A stretch of DNA of 53,432 nt, the filler included, from Bipalium vagum (lineage: Eukaryota): the NCBI GenBank assembly GCA_037834085.1. It is 3 parts of 3 records of this genome, joined end to end, with 100 filler letters (N's around TTAATTAATTAA, not from the genome) between each part and the next. Parts side by side here need not be neighbours in the genome. Positions count along the whole stretch, not along the records: positions 36,301 to 53,432 come from JBBMKC010077451.1; 2 more parts are not named here. One strand, written 5' to 3'. Position numbers and translations under genes: made by a program. Below the pieces are notes generated by a model. That model worked only from the letters and a program-made list of their open reading frames with translations. It searched no databases and had not been told where the DNA came from. Positions 38,628 to 51,574 of this stretch are shown one piece after another. Positions within the stretch are counted from its first letter, which is position 1; every line of letters starts with the position of its first letter.

Positions 38628-39913
38628 TTGGGTTGTAAAGTTCAAAATCCAAATAATACAATTTATTTTTAAAAAAATGAAATTTTACATAGATAAAATA
38701 AGAAACTTAACAAAAGTAATTTTCATTGTTATCTATGATCTTTAGCCACCTTATAGGTAAATTTATGAATTCCTTCTTCATAAAAACTGGTGGACTTAGA
38801 CATAAAGAAATTGTCCAAGGCGTTTTTGATATCGACCTCTTTAGAAAATTCTTTTCCATTCAGATAATTTTGAAGAGACTTGAACAAATGATAATCTGAA
38901 GGCGCGATATCAGGTGAGTACGCAGGATGAGGAAGAACTTACCACTCTAATATCTTTAATTTTTCCTGTGCAATTTTTGAAATATGGGGTCTGGCATTGT
39001 CATGTTGAATGATGAAATTCTTTCTGTTTATCAATCCTGGTCTGAATTTTTTTTAATTCCACCTCAAGTCTTCCTAATTGGTCATAATAAACCTGTCCTG
39101 TGATAGTTATGTTACGTGGTAAAAGATCGTAATATATTATTCCACGATAATCCCACCAAACAGACATCATAATTCGGTGAGGATGAAGGTCTAGTTTGGC
39201 AGTGGGTATCGGGTTCTGGCCAGGCGAAAGCCATTGCTTTTTTCTTGTCATGTTGACGTAGAACACCCACTTCTCATTTCCTGTTACAATTCTTTTTAAA
39301 AAATTATCGTTATTGAATCTTTGGAGAAGAGAAGAACAAGTCAACAATCTGCTCTTTTTGTTGTTTTCACTTAAGCAATGAGGAATTCATAATCCTTGAC
39401 TATGGACTTTGCCTAATTCATTAAGATGAGTGGCAATGATAGTGTGGGAGAACTGAAGGTGATCTCCCAAATGACGTGTTGTACACATAGGATCTCCCTC
39501 GATAAGAGATAGAAGAACATTGTCATCCAAATTTGATGAACTTCCTCCTCTTCTTTTGGAAAAAATAAAAAAATTTCCGCCTTTAAATCTTCTTAACCAT
39601 TTTTGAAATTTATCTAGTGACAGATTACATTCAGGATAGGTTTTTGATATGTTTTTAAATGCATTTAAGCTAGTTGATCCCTTTCTAAATTCATATATCA
39701 AACAATGCCTGATATGAATTTCTTCAGTATTCATCTAAAATTAATTTTATCTAATTATTTAAAATGTTGCAAAATTATTAAATCTGACTAATCAGTAAAA
39801 TAATATGTTACTAACATTAAATAAATAGTAATTATAATTTTTTATTTATTGTTGAGAAATATGGTCTTAAAAATTAGTTTATAATAAGTTGGATTTTGAA
39901 CTTTACAACCTAA
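38628..39913 (-). mobile_element. Full-length, near-intact mariner (DD34D)
   Basis: Near-perfect TIRs TT(G/A)GGTTGTAAAGTTCAAAATCCAA flanked by TA. The transposase starts at 39734 (MNTEEIHIRHCLIYEF) and has a stop at 39387 in the WxPH motif, IVTGNEKW (first catalytic D to N), a frameshift near 39050, DNARPH and HPAYSPDIAPSDYHLF. Confidence 0.95.
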
Positions 39914-39927
39914 TAATAAGTATCAGA

Positions 39928-41178
39928 CACCCTCCATTCCAAAAATAACCGAACTTTTTAAAAAAAAGCGTACTACAAGCGCCATTTATTTTAACATTAT
40001 ACCCCTAGATAACGTGGTCATTCATTGACAACCGATAAAAATTTCATGAAATTAGGAGTAATTGCTACGTTTTTGTTAGTCTGTTTAATACTTCGGTTAG
40101 AAAATGAATTTCAAACAAAGAGCTGCAATTGACTTCTGTGTTAAACTTGGTAAATCTTTTACCGAAACACATCAAATGCTACAATCTGCGTATGGTGATG
40201 AATGTCTATCTCGTATGCAAGTATACGAGTGGTTCAAGCGATTCGAATCGGGTAGGAAGACCATGAATGACGACGAAAGACCAGGCCGTCCAAAACTGGA
40301 TTATCGGAAGAGAGAATTGAAAAATGCGTAAATTTATCAAAAATAATAAAAAACCATCGGTGAAATTGATTGAAATGGAATTAGGCATACATCAAACAAC
40401 TGCGTACAGCATTTTTACCGTGGTATTTTGTTTTCGTAAGGTTAATTCGCGGTTTGTTCCACACAAGCTCACCGGAGACCAAAAAATGGCTCAAATTGAT
40501 CATAACAAAGACATCATTAAAATTGCTCTGAAGGACCCAAACTTCTTGAAAACGATTGTTACCGGTGACGAGACGTGGTGTTTTAGGTATGAACCAGAAG
40601 CAAAGCGGCAGAGTGCTGAATAGAGATCGCCGGATGAGGGAAAACCGAAAAAAAAAAGTGAAGGTTATGCTGATTTGCTATTACGATTCCAAAGGAATTA
40701 TCCACAGAGTTTGTTCCACCCGGCCAAACAATCACAGGAGACTTTTAGTTAGATGTCATGAAGCGATTGCCGGCAAGAATTCGTCGAGTTCGGCCAGAAT
40801 ATCGAGAAAACGGCAGTTGGACTCTTTTGCACGATAATGCACCATCACATCGTTCAAGAGTTGTGACTGAATTTTTTGTCAAAAATTAGATTATTGCTTT
40901 GCAACATTCAACCTATTCACCTGATCTCGCTCCGTGCGACTACTATCTGTTCCCCAAGCTTCTTTTGACGATCAAAGATTGAGCCCAACCGATCTTCACG
41001 AGTCGGTTCAGACCATCAAAAGTACGGTGACCGATGTCCTAAAGACCATTACCAAAAAGGACATAGAGAAGTTTGAAAACTTGTTAGTGCGTGCAAATTT
41101 GTGTATTGATGCAGAAGGCGATTACATTGATTAATACAAATTTTTTTTTAAGTTCGATTATTTTTGGAATGGAGGGTG
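39928..41178 (+). mobile_element. Full-length mariner (irritans-like), frameshifted
   Basis: TIRs CACCCTCCATTCCAAAAATAACCGAACTT ... AAGTTCGATTATTTTTGGAATGGAGGGTG. Motifs QRAAIDFCVKLGKS, FVPHKLT, IVTGDETWCFRYEPE, LLHDNAPSH and YSPDLAPCDYYLFPKL. Confidence 0.95.
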
Positions 41179-44042
41179 TATATTTTTTAAATTTTTATTT
41201 GAAATCCCAAAAAAAACTCAAAAACGAAATTGATAAAAATTAATCAACTTGAAATAATTTTCAAAAAATCAATATTTTTTTGTAAGAGTTTTAATTTCAA
41301 TGCTTCAAAATGTGAAAGTGTTAAAGACATTAAATGACGAGTACCCAGATAACAATACTTATCTCCTTACTTGGCTTTAAATGTGAATGATATGACATCT
41401 TCATTAAGAAAATTAATATTTTGGGTGGAAAATTTGTGTTAAGATTAGAATGTAAAAAATCTGATATCTGCATTTACAATGTTCTCCAAAAGTTTCATTT
41501 TAATTACTTAAATTATTGAATTTACTTTTATCTAATTTTTGTTATCTGATAAATTGATTAAATCAATTAAATATAATATATATTGTGATGTTCTTTATTT
41601 TAAAATTTTACTGTCGATAAATTAATTAATTGTCACTAAACAAATAAAATCAATTATTTGACCTGAAAATGAAATAAAAATCAATTTAAGACGTACTATG
41701 GATTAAAGATTATAAACAAAATATGTAAATTTATTTCAATTTGATCCAGGTTCATTATTTAATAGCTTAAACAGTAACATGTATAATTGATAGAAATAAT
41801 GAAAGCTTTCAGATCACTTTATTCACATTTACAAAATTCAATAGTTACTAAATGTGGATAGAAAAGAACAATGGAGATTATAAGCAATTCAACATAAGGT
41901 GGTGTAGTCTGAATAAAATGATAATAACTGCAAATGCCATAAAATTTAGTGATTCTGGTTATTCATCGAAACACCTTTGTAGAAATATCACTGCAGAAAA
42001 CCAAGGTTATATTAGACGAATAGTTGTCAATCAAGATGGAATTTTACATTAGTCATTTTATAATATTTTTAATGTTGACCCAAAAATAAAATAATCCATA
42101 GAATAAATGTTTATTATTTAATGATTAATTTAAGGAAATTGAGTGCAAACTATTATAAAAAAAATTAATTAAAACATTAAAGTTTATAAAATAAAACTAT
42201 TCTTTGAAAAAAAACATGATAAAAATATAACAATAATAGAAAGAAATTTTACATACAATAAGTGTATTGACATAAAATATGATTATTACTTTTACAAGCC
42301 TTTTTGTCTGTGGTTAAATCCCCATCAAGTTAAAGATATATTTGTTTTGAATCTATATTTAATATTAAATATTTTATTTACAAAAGTAGAAATTCCAAAG
42401 GTACATTTTCAGTGTCTCATTCAAATTCATGTTGATCCACATTTATCCGATAACTGATCGACTGTCACTAACTACTACTAACGGTTTTTGAACCGGTCAA
42501 AATAAAACTTCTCTAATTTTATTCGTCATTCAATAAGCTATTTTCATCGTTTCAATTTGTATAATTTTTTTAGTGTCAATTTTGCGAATAATCATCTATT
42601 ACCAATGATTTCATTATATCAGAAATAAGTATTATATAAGAATTCGTTAATAGGATATTTAGATGAAGATTTTATTTGAAATAAAAAAATTATTTATGAA
42701 GGAATAAAAAAGAAGGAATGAATACATAAGGCAACAACAAGATGTACAAGATATGAAAATTTCGAACAACATATAATAACATAATTAAATCCATTTTAAT
42801 AAATTATCTCTGCTAAAAATCGATGTTTTTGCTAAATATAAACAAATATTAACTGAAAAATTCCTAAAATTACTCTGGTGGTTCACAAGTCATACATGGA
42901 CAAGGTACCTTATGTTTGTTCGTATCTTTAGCAATTTTGAAATAATGATTTTGATTAGATTAGATATATATGATCAAAATAGTATTGAGAACAAATTAAT
43001 AGTTTTTCGATTATGGGAAAGAATAAGATTATTCGAAAAGATTTATAAATTTCTTAATTGTTATAATAGAACTGCATTATGATTATTTTTCGACATCGAA
43101 ATGAACTTGTGTGCGATCATCACAGATCATTCAATTATAATATTTACATAATAGTTTATGTAATAATAATCGCAAAAATTCAATCTCACATTTTATCAGG
43201 TTATGTCAATTTGCTTTTCCAGTTCGTAAATCAACATTAAATTAGATAATTGATTTTTATTTATTATTATTACTATTATTCTCCAATTAGTCAGTCTCTA
43301 AATAAAAAATATCTAATTATACCTAATTATTAAAATAAAATAATTTAAAATAAATTATTTAGTTTCACATTTTTAAGGAAAAATGAAATCAAGTTTAAAA
43401 ACCATAAAAATCAAATGAGAAATTCTCTATATATTAAATCATATATAATAATAATTAAAGCTAAAATGGGTTATTATTAAAATGACACAAAATAAATCTA
43501 TGGTGGAGATAAACCTATCTTTAAATAATGTTTTTTCCAGACTGGTTTCATATTATCATTTCAGTTTGTATTATATATCAATTTTATTTTGACGTACCGT
43601 AATTTATATTATATATTATTATACCTCCCCGACAATGGTATTCAAGACCTCGTGTCCTGGTAACCAATCACTGTCTATTAATAACAGTGGATTACATATA
43701 GACGATGACCTAAAGATCAATCAACATAAACGTCTTAGATCTTTCTTATATTAATAAAGCTATAGTGGATATTTAATGCCCGGAGACCATTATACCACGA
43801 AATTTATTCAAGTTTCACCTCATATATCAAGGCCAGAGATTACGACATTATCATGCTACAGTCAACCAACTTCTTATTGTGTCAATATCAGTTCCTTGTG
43901 CACGTTCTGAATATCGACTTACTTATTTTTAATGGAATGTATTTAAGATTTTATGATTTTAAAAAAAGAATGAACCGAAAGGTATTGTCTTTTTAACAAT
44001 GCTTATAATTTCATCAAAGCTCAATCAACTTTTTATAATTTA

Positions 44043-45663
44043 CAGTGATGGTAAAAAATCTTGCATCACCACAAGAAAAATACAATTTTCAACATTAGAA
44101 CAATTTTTGGGACAATATTGTATGAAATTTGTAGCAAACTTTAACTGGTCGCCCTTCACATACTATATTAAAAGAAATAAATAATTTGTGCCGATAAAAG
44201 TTTGCTAAAATAATAAAAATATCTACAATATATGCTTTATTTATAACATGTAATACAAATTCAAATGTTGTTATTACAAATGCTTTTTATAATATATATA
44301 ACATCTTTAATATTTAGTATGCCACCCCTTGTTTTTTATTACTAATTTACATAGTTTCGGCATTGAATCTACTAACTTCTTCAATTCCGGTTCTGTGCTG
44401 CAATGATACCAAGCATTTCATAATGCTTCACTTAAAATTTTTTTATTCTTTGGTTTCCGTTTAGAAATAATATAGCCAACACTTTGCCAAAGATTTTCGA
44501 TTGGATTAAGATCGGGTGACTGCGCGGACCAGTCCAATCTTTGAATACCACTGTCTTCTAATCAATTTTGAAATATTTTTTCCCTGTAGTATGAAGTATT
44601 TTCGTTTTGAAAAATAAAATCTTTGTTTTTAAAAAGGTCTTCCATACTTGGTAGCATATTTGAGGTCAAAACCCTAATATTATGATCCAATCATTGTCCT
44701 TGACAAGATATGCAATCTTCCAAGTCAAATAGATGACACGCAACCCCATATCATTATTGAAGCTGGTTGCTTAATCGTTGGTAAAAAAACACTTCAGTGA
44801 AAATTCTTCGTTAGGAAAACGACGAACGCATTTCCGCTGTGATTACTTATGGTAAGTAATGATTCGTCACTAAGCAAAACATTATTCCATTCTTCTGAAG
44901 TCCACTGAAAGTGTTCTTTGGCACACCTTAATCGATGTAGTCGTTGCTTTTCTGTTAATAGTGTCTTTTTTTAGGACGACAGCCATGAAGTCCAAAACTT
45001 TGGAGCCTTTTTCTTACAGTTGAAGTGCACACTGTCACTCTTGTTGATTCAGACCACAACTTGGTTAAGTCTGTAGAATTCAAACTTCTAACTGCCAAAC
45101 AGTACCTCCTTAAGATGACGTCTTCTCTTGAGAACGTTTTTTTTGGACGTCCGGTTCGAGGTTTATCGACTATTTTTTACGGTTTTATTGTATTTTTAAT
45201 TATCCTGGTAACTGATGATTGGTTACATTTTACTACATAAGCAATTTCGCGAGTATATTTAACTTCTCCATAGTGAAAAACAACGAAATAATGTTTTTCG
45301 GCATTTAATTTCATAACAGTTATAAAAACCTTAGCCATTTAAGAAAAATGTTACGTTTATACTTTATATTATGTTATAGTTCTCTACGACCAAGTGGTTT
45401 CCAGTAAATAATAAATTTATAATATTTGTAATAAAAACGGTAGAGGATAAATATAATTTTAAATTAGTCAACTTTAATAATCGTTTATATCAATATTATT
45501 TTTAAACAGAAAAACAAATTGATACATTGTATACACACATATTACGATCATTTCAATATATTTTATTACATTATTAAGTTCTAACATGAAATAATCTCCA
45601 TATCAGGATAAAATCTTAAAAATTTTAGATTTTTGAATAATGCAAGACTTTTTACCAACCCTG
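44043..45663 (-). mobile_element. Full-length degenerate Tc1 (DD34E) element
   Basis: TIRs CAGTGATGGTAAAAAATCTTGCAT ... ATGCAAGACTTTTTACCAACCCTG flanked by TA. Minus strand has KPRTGRPK, WTSEEWNNVLLSDES and LDWSAQSPDLNPIENLW. Confidence 0.92.
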
Positions 45664-45708
45664 TATATACAAATTAAAACCATGAATCATGTTTTTTATT
45701 TTTTTTAA

Positions 45709-46710
45709 TAGGGTTGAATTCATTTTCAGCTGTTCGTAAAATATGATGTGAAGAAAAAATGTGAAAAGTAGCGCGTTTTTATAAAGAACATCTAACAAAA
45801 TCTCGAAAATGTATAGCATAAATACTTGGTTTTTCTGTTTGAAGGGTTCAAAAAGTAATGCAAAATATACAAAATCTTAAAAAATATTTGTCGACCTGGT
45901 CGTCCAAAAGGTGCATCGTGCAAGAAAACTGAAGATAATGACGGGTTTAGACAAGGATAAATCGATATCAACACGAAATCTTACAAAGAGTTGGTTAATC
46001 TCAATCAATAGTCCAAAGAGTTAAAAAGAGAAACAATTTAAGGGGCATATAAAAAGCAAAATTCCAAAGCGAAGTCTCGGAATCTTTTTGGCACAAAAAT
46101 TGGATAGAGAATTTAATTAATAGGGATGCTATTTTCTCGAATTATATTGTTATAGATGATGAGACCTGTGTGAATATGGATTTTTCCAATCTTCCTGGGC
46201 CCAAATTCTAGACTAACAGGCCTGATGCTATAATCAGTGACAAAGATAAATATATTCCATTTGAGAAATTCGCCCCCAAAATATTACCATGGCTAGCAAT
46301 TTGTCAATGTGGTCAACGGAGTCATCTATTTTTCGCAAAAGACACCATGGACTCAGTAACTTACGTTAATGTATGCATAAAAAAGAGGTTGATACCATTT
46401 TTGAAGAAACACGAATGCTCTTCATTATTTTTGCCAGATCTAGCCACTACTCATTATTCGAAATTAATTGTTGATTCACATTGCAAATAATTCGAATTTT
46501 GTGCCCAAAGATGAATCCAGAAATGTTTTGGAACTCCACCCTATTGAAAGTTATTGGGCTCTGGTGAAACAGAAATAAAAAAAACAAATTGAAAAGTTTT
46601 TGTCGAATTGTTTTTTATCCAGTTAATATGTACTTAAAAATATAATAAATATACTTGTGAATGTTTTCTTGCGTCAAGATAAAATCGACATTACCTTTCG
46701 ATTCAACTCT
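45709..46710 (+). mobile_element. Degenerate ITmD37E-type element
   Basis: IVIDDETCVNMDFSNLPGPKF, EKFAPKILPWLAICQCG, CIKKRLIPFL, FLPDLATTHYS and ELHPIESYWALVK. Short inverted ends G(G/A)GTTGAAT. Confidence 0.82.
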
Positions 46711-47621
46711 CATAAATCACCTTTAGAATTAAATAAGTTTATGATAGTATTTTTTAAAAATATATCAGCACCAAGACAGATTTTTTAAAACTATCAAAAA
46801 ATCAAGGAACTAAAATCTGATTTTGTCAATATTGTATCAGTCGAAAAGAAACATTTTAGCAAACAATAGTCCCGATAAAAAAATTTGTTCATAATAATCA
46901 ACTTACACGTGGAAAATTTCTTGATCCAACAATATAACGAAAGAATTAAGTAAGCCATGTTTTCGAGAGAAAATAAAAATAAAATGTTAATATATATATT
47001 TTTTTAAAATGAAGTTTACTAAATTTACTGGTTGTCAAAAATCAGAACAAAAAAAGAATAAAAATCATTAAAAATAAAAACGTAAAATAATATTATCATA
47101 AAATATTGTTGATAAAATTCGTTCTGTTGATAACAGAGCCTATTTATAGAAATTTTAATTTGTTTTCAAAACGCCTGCACCAATGTGTGAGACATTCGTA
47201 ATTCGTTAATTTTTATCACTTTTTTTATTTTAGAATTAATTTTTGGTGACTTTGATAATTTCAATTATTAATTAAATTTAAATGACAGAAAAATAAATAA
47301 AACAGAAATTATGTGGTTTGGAAAAGAAATTAAGAGAATGGTACATTTGTCTTCAGAAGCATTCCAGTCTTTGAAAATGGTATATCAAATATTTTATAAA
47401 TTTGTATTCACAGATAAGCCGTCAATATATCTATCCAATGATTTAGTTATAATTTAAACTATAACAGGCACAATCTTTAAGAAATCAATAAACTTCAATG
47501 GTTTCAAAAATTAAAATTATTTTTGTTTCATTAAATTTTAATTATTTTAAAATAATCGGTCATTTTTATATAATTAATATTAATTCTGATTTCAAAGGTT
47601 CTGAATAGGCTATGGATGGAA

Positions 47622-47840
47622 ATTCTTTGTCGAATATGTTAATGATGTTGAATTTACGAACAAAGAACTTTATCGAATATGAATTAAATATTAAATATTA
47701 ATGTGATAAAATCGGATCTGGAGGTGAAGGTAATGTGTCAAAGCATTGAGAATATGTATTCCGTTATAATAGAAAAATCAATAAATTTATAAAATTACTT
47801 TTCTCTTTAAAAATTAAGAGTGCAATAAAATTATAAAATA
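47622..47840 (+). pseudogene. Possible protein kinase N-lobe relic
   Basis: KIGSGGEGNV (GxGxxGxV) at ~47708-47737 is flanked by in-frame stops. An AIK-like triplet lies ~90 nt downstream. Confidence 0.3.
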
Positions 47841-48232
47841 TGAAGACATGGCTCCTCACATCTTTCAGAAATTTTAAATCACAATGGAACAGACAATAAA
47901 AATTAAAATTAAGCGATAAAATAGAACAAGAATTTTAATACTAAATCAGCAACTTTTTCAGTTTTTAAATATTTATGTTATCAGTCTTAGATAAAAAAGC
48001 ATATTTGGAAAGTGAGAAATTGAAATAAACTCTTTCACCAAAAATCTTCAAATTCCCATTACGTAAATCTTGAAATATTATTTTCTTATTATTCAATTCA
48101 TAAATATTTAACATTTAAATGCAAATTTAGTAAAAAATAAAAAAAGATTCAATATTAGATTTACTTTAGAATATTTCCAAGTATATTGTCAATTAATAAA
48201 AATAAGTTTCGATAAATATTTATCTTTCTTAC

Positions 48233-48639
48233 TCAACAAATTTCTCTTTTTTAGACTCATCAAAAATAAACATTGATAATGAATTTAATAATCCTAATCT
48301 TGTTGCAATAATAATTTGCTCTTCTTCAGTTAGTTGAGACATTGGACGAGATACTCCAGGAGTGGGATGAAAAATTGGATCATTTTCCTGAGTATATAAG
48401 AATCAATTGTGGTAATATGATTATTTGAAATTATTAAGAATATTAACTGACTTAATAAATTCAGAATTATTTACATAATATTGATGAAGGTAATATTCGT
48501 GAAAAATATTTCTATGTCGTAATGAAGGATTTCGTAATCTGGTGTTTCCCGTATCAATATTTGCTGTTACTGCGGACTCTCGTTGCTCATCTCTTGCAGA
48601 ATTTAAATCATCAGCTCGTCCGAAGCAATTATTACCCAT
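48233..48639 (-). CDS. RNF11: RING finger protein 11 homolog, first two coding exons
   Basis: Exons 48639-48475 and 48387-48233 with an 87-nt GT-AG intron. MGNNC acylation-type N-terminus, then PIFHPTPGVSRPMSQLTEEEQIIIATRLGLL...KKEKFVE, ending at a phase-2 GTAAG donor just before the expected RING-H2. Confidence 0.88.
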
Positions 48640-50220
48640 TTTAAAAAATTATGAAATATTGTTCTACATACTTATCAAACAGCTGACAAAATAATTTTAA
48701 AAATAAACAAACACTTTAATTATATAAACAATTAACTATAAAATATATAATATCTTTTAGAATAACTACGATGATTAAGTTTAAAATATTAATTTTGACA
48801 TTTATTTATAAAAAATATATAATTTAATGCAAACTAAGCATAGTGTTATTGTAATATTTTTTTCTAATTTACTAAATCACTTAATATATCAATACAGTAA
48901 AAGTCACAAAGAATAATAATTTATCAATTAATTTAAAAATAATTATAAAATAAAACCGTTTTATTGGGTTTCCCAAAGACACCGTTAGGAAACATAATAA
49001 AATACCTTTTAAAATATAAATTAATTGTTAATTAATTAATTAGTTAATATTTAAATTAACGTCGAGAAAAATACTTTTCCTAAAAATTATTTTTAGAATT
49101 CTCAAAAACCCTTAAAATTATTTAGAATCTTACCCATTATTTCAAAAGAGTGATTAGGGAATTATTTTGTGGAAAATGGATAAATGAGTAAAAAGTCAAT
49201 GAAAATGGTAATTGAGGGACACATAAGGAAAATTTGAAATTGTTTATCTCCCTTTTTTCTCAGAATCAGTATATAAGGAGAAGCATTTCCCATCATTTTA
49301 CCCAGAACAAAATTATGCTAGGTTTGCTAAAGACACAAAAATAATTGACTACAAAAATAATTTTGCAGAGTAATTAATAAAGGTTATTTATTATTAAATT
49401 ATTTATAGATCGATTTGAGACTTCTTTTGGATTCAAAACAAGTATATTTTTATTTAGTATATATATAATATATTATAAAAATAATATGAAATCGAGACGA
49501 AACTTTGTTTTATATTTAAAACAAAGTTTGAGATTATTTAGGTATTAATACAAATGATATAAATTACTTTTGGTCATAAAAAAAAGAAAGTGTTTTTCCT
49601 CAGCGCGTATGATTTGAATTTCGAGATTTTTTTATATCAGATTTGTTTCTGCTTCTCCGTTTAAACAAGGAACTTTTATAATTTTTTTCAGTGGCTAAAA
49701 TGTTGGTTGCTGGTAGATACAATCTGTAGAAATTGTAAAATATGATGATTTTTCGTAAATTGGAATACGAGTGTTCTTCCTTGTAATTTATTTTTAAATT
49801 GCGTATTTATATTTTTCTTGTGCCCTAATTAACTTCTTATGAGCTTTAATAACTATTGCTATTATTAGAGTAATTATTAATAATTATTATTATTTACTAT
49901 TTATATATTATTTAATATTTTTTTGTTTTTTAAAATTTTTTACACAACCCTTTTTTATTTTTAGTAGTTTAGTTTGCGCTGAACTAATATTATTTTATTT
50001 TTAGTAAGCTTGACTTTTCTATCATTTTTATATTAAAATTATAAATTTATTTTATTTACAAATAGTTTCTTTTATTAATTTATTTATTTACACATATTAA
50101 TTAATTAAAAAATATTTTTTAAAATTTTAATAGTAATCCATCGATGAGGATTTTACATATAAAATAAGAAATATAAAATTCACCAACGCAAATAAAAGAA
50201 TACATATATATATATATATA

Positions 50221-50477
50221 CACTACCGACAAAAAGTTTGAAGCAGGTACTATTTTTTTAATTGCTGAATAAATAAACTTTTTAAAATATAATTTTTGCT
50301 AAAGATATGTTTATACAGAAACTAATAAATATTAAACATTTTTTATTAAAACTTTTTAATTACAAGCGGCTTATATATAAATTTTTTATTGTCAAAATAT
50401 CCTACTTTTTTCTTTATTACAGCGGTACAGATCTTTGGCATTCGAGTAATTAATTTAAGCAATTTTTCGGAATATAT
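50221..50477 (-). mobile_element. 3' end of a Tc1-like element
   Basis: A (TA)n run is followed by a CACTACCGACAAAAAGTTTG TIR. Minus strand reads EKLLKLITRMPKICTAVIKKKVGYFD. Confidence 0.7.
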
Positions 50478-51574
50478 TGTAACTATTTTACCTAGATTTA
50501 GTAACGTGGGCTCGTGTGTTCGTGAATCCTCACTTTTTATAAATCGTTGTATCCGTAATTATTCTAAACCTTTCCGAATTTAAAACACTCTCCACAATAC
50601 TGTATCCGCACCCTTAAGAAATAATTCAAAATACTTAAAATAAAACTTTATTGGCAACAATTACAACTTCTAACTCAATTCAAATCAAAATCGAAACTTT
50701 ATCAACGAATAAAATAAAATCGTTCAATGTCAACTTTAATACTAAAGAAAAATCAAATCAATAATTAATAATAATAATTTAATAACAAAAACGAGAATAA
50801 AATAAATAAATAGATCGGTCTCACCAAGAGCGACAAGGGGGCCCCGAGTCACCCTCTAGGCCCTTCTCAGGTCACCTATGGGGTTCCCAAGCTCGTTGGG
50901 TCCCCTTGTAAAAATCCGGCTGCATAACCGAAGAAAAAATTACCGGGATCGTCTTCGGTCTCGTCTTCTGCGGGAACATTTTGGTCCAAAAAAAAATTTC
51001 TGTGAATTTTCTTCGGTTTAATTAGTCCTGCATTGAATTTTCTCTGTGTTTCTCTTTCGAGGTTTGGCTGGTGTCTTTCGGATTATTATCATGCATAAGA
51101 ACATATGGATTCGAAAATAATCTTTCGTCAGACGCAGTCCAATTGACGTTCCGGGTAATGGTATTCACGATTTTTTTTAATTTTTAATTTTTGATTTCTA
51201 ATCCTCTTTTAAATTTCAATATATTTTGCTTACATTGAATTTTGTTTTTAATCATAAATTATTTCATCGTTCATTTCTGTTTAAATTGAATTGTATTAAT
51301 TTGTGATTAATGAGAAACATTCAGATATTTGAATAGTTTTGACTCTGATTTATTTAGACAATTGATTGTGATTTTGTGATTTGTGTAAAGGATTTTGTTT
51401 TGAAGTGTAATAAATTTTTATTATGATTGTTTTAATTCAATTTGGGGTGCTAAAAGAAATAAGGTCTTATTGTGGCATTTTTGATTCACCCGAGTTTAAA
51501 TTTGTGTATCTGTAATAGTAAAACGAACACAACATTAAATAGCGAAGAGTTAATGATTTCGAGCTAAAGTTACA
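50478..51574. mobile_element. Two LTR-like repeat copies in opposite orientation (related to 12307-13129)
   Basis: The left arm starts TGTAACTATTTTACC and shares the CCACAATA..TATCCGC and CGGTCTCA.CAAGAGCGA blocks with the solo LTR. The right arm ends GTTACA, and its reverse complement shares AATGTTGTGTTCGTTT, TGAATCAAAA..CCACAATAA and AATTGAAT.AAAAC. Confidence 0.7.

Noticed and set aside
42870-42930. IRYL/PCM-like string as the missing RNF11 RING exon
   Set aside because: It needs a frameshift and lacks the CxxC, HxxH and CIDDWL residues.
51073-51150. Hammerhead-like CUGACGA...stem...GAAA on the minus strand
   Set aside because: Stem II closing pair is mismatched, and no stem I or stem III with an NUH cleavage site can be formed. 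It reads better as a simple hairpin.
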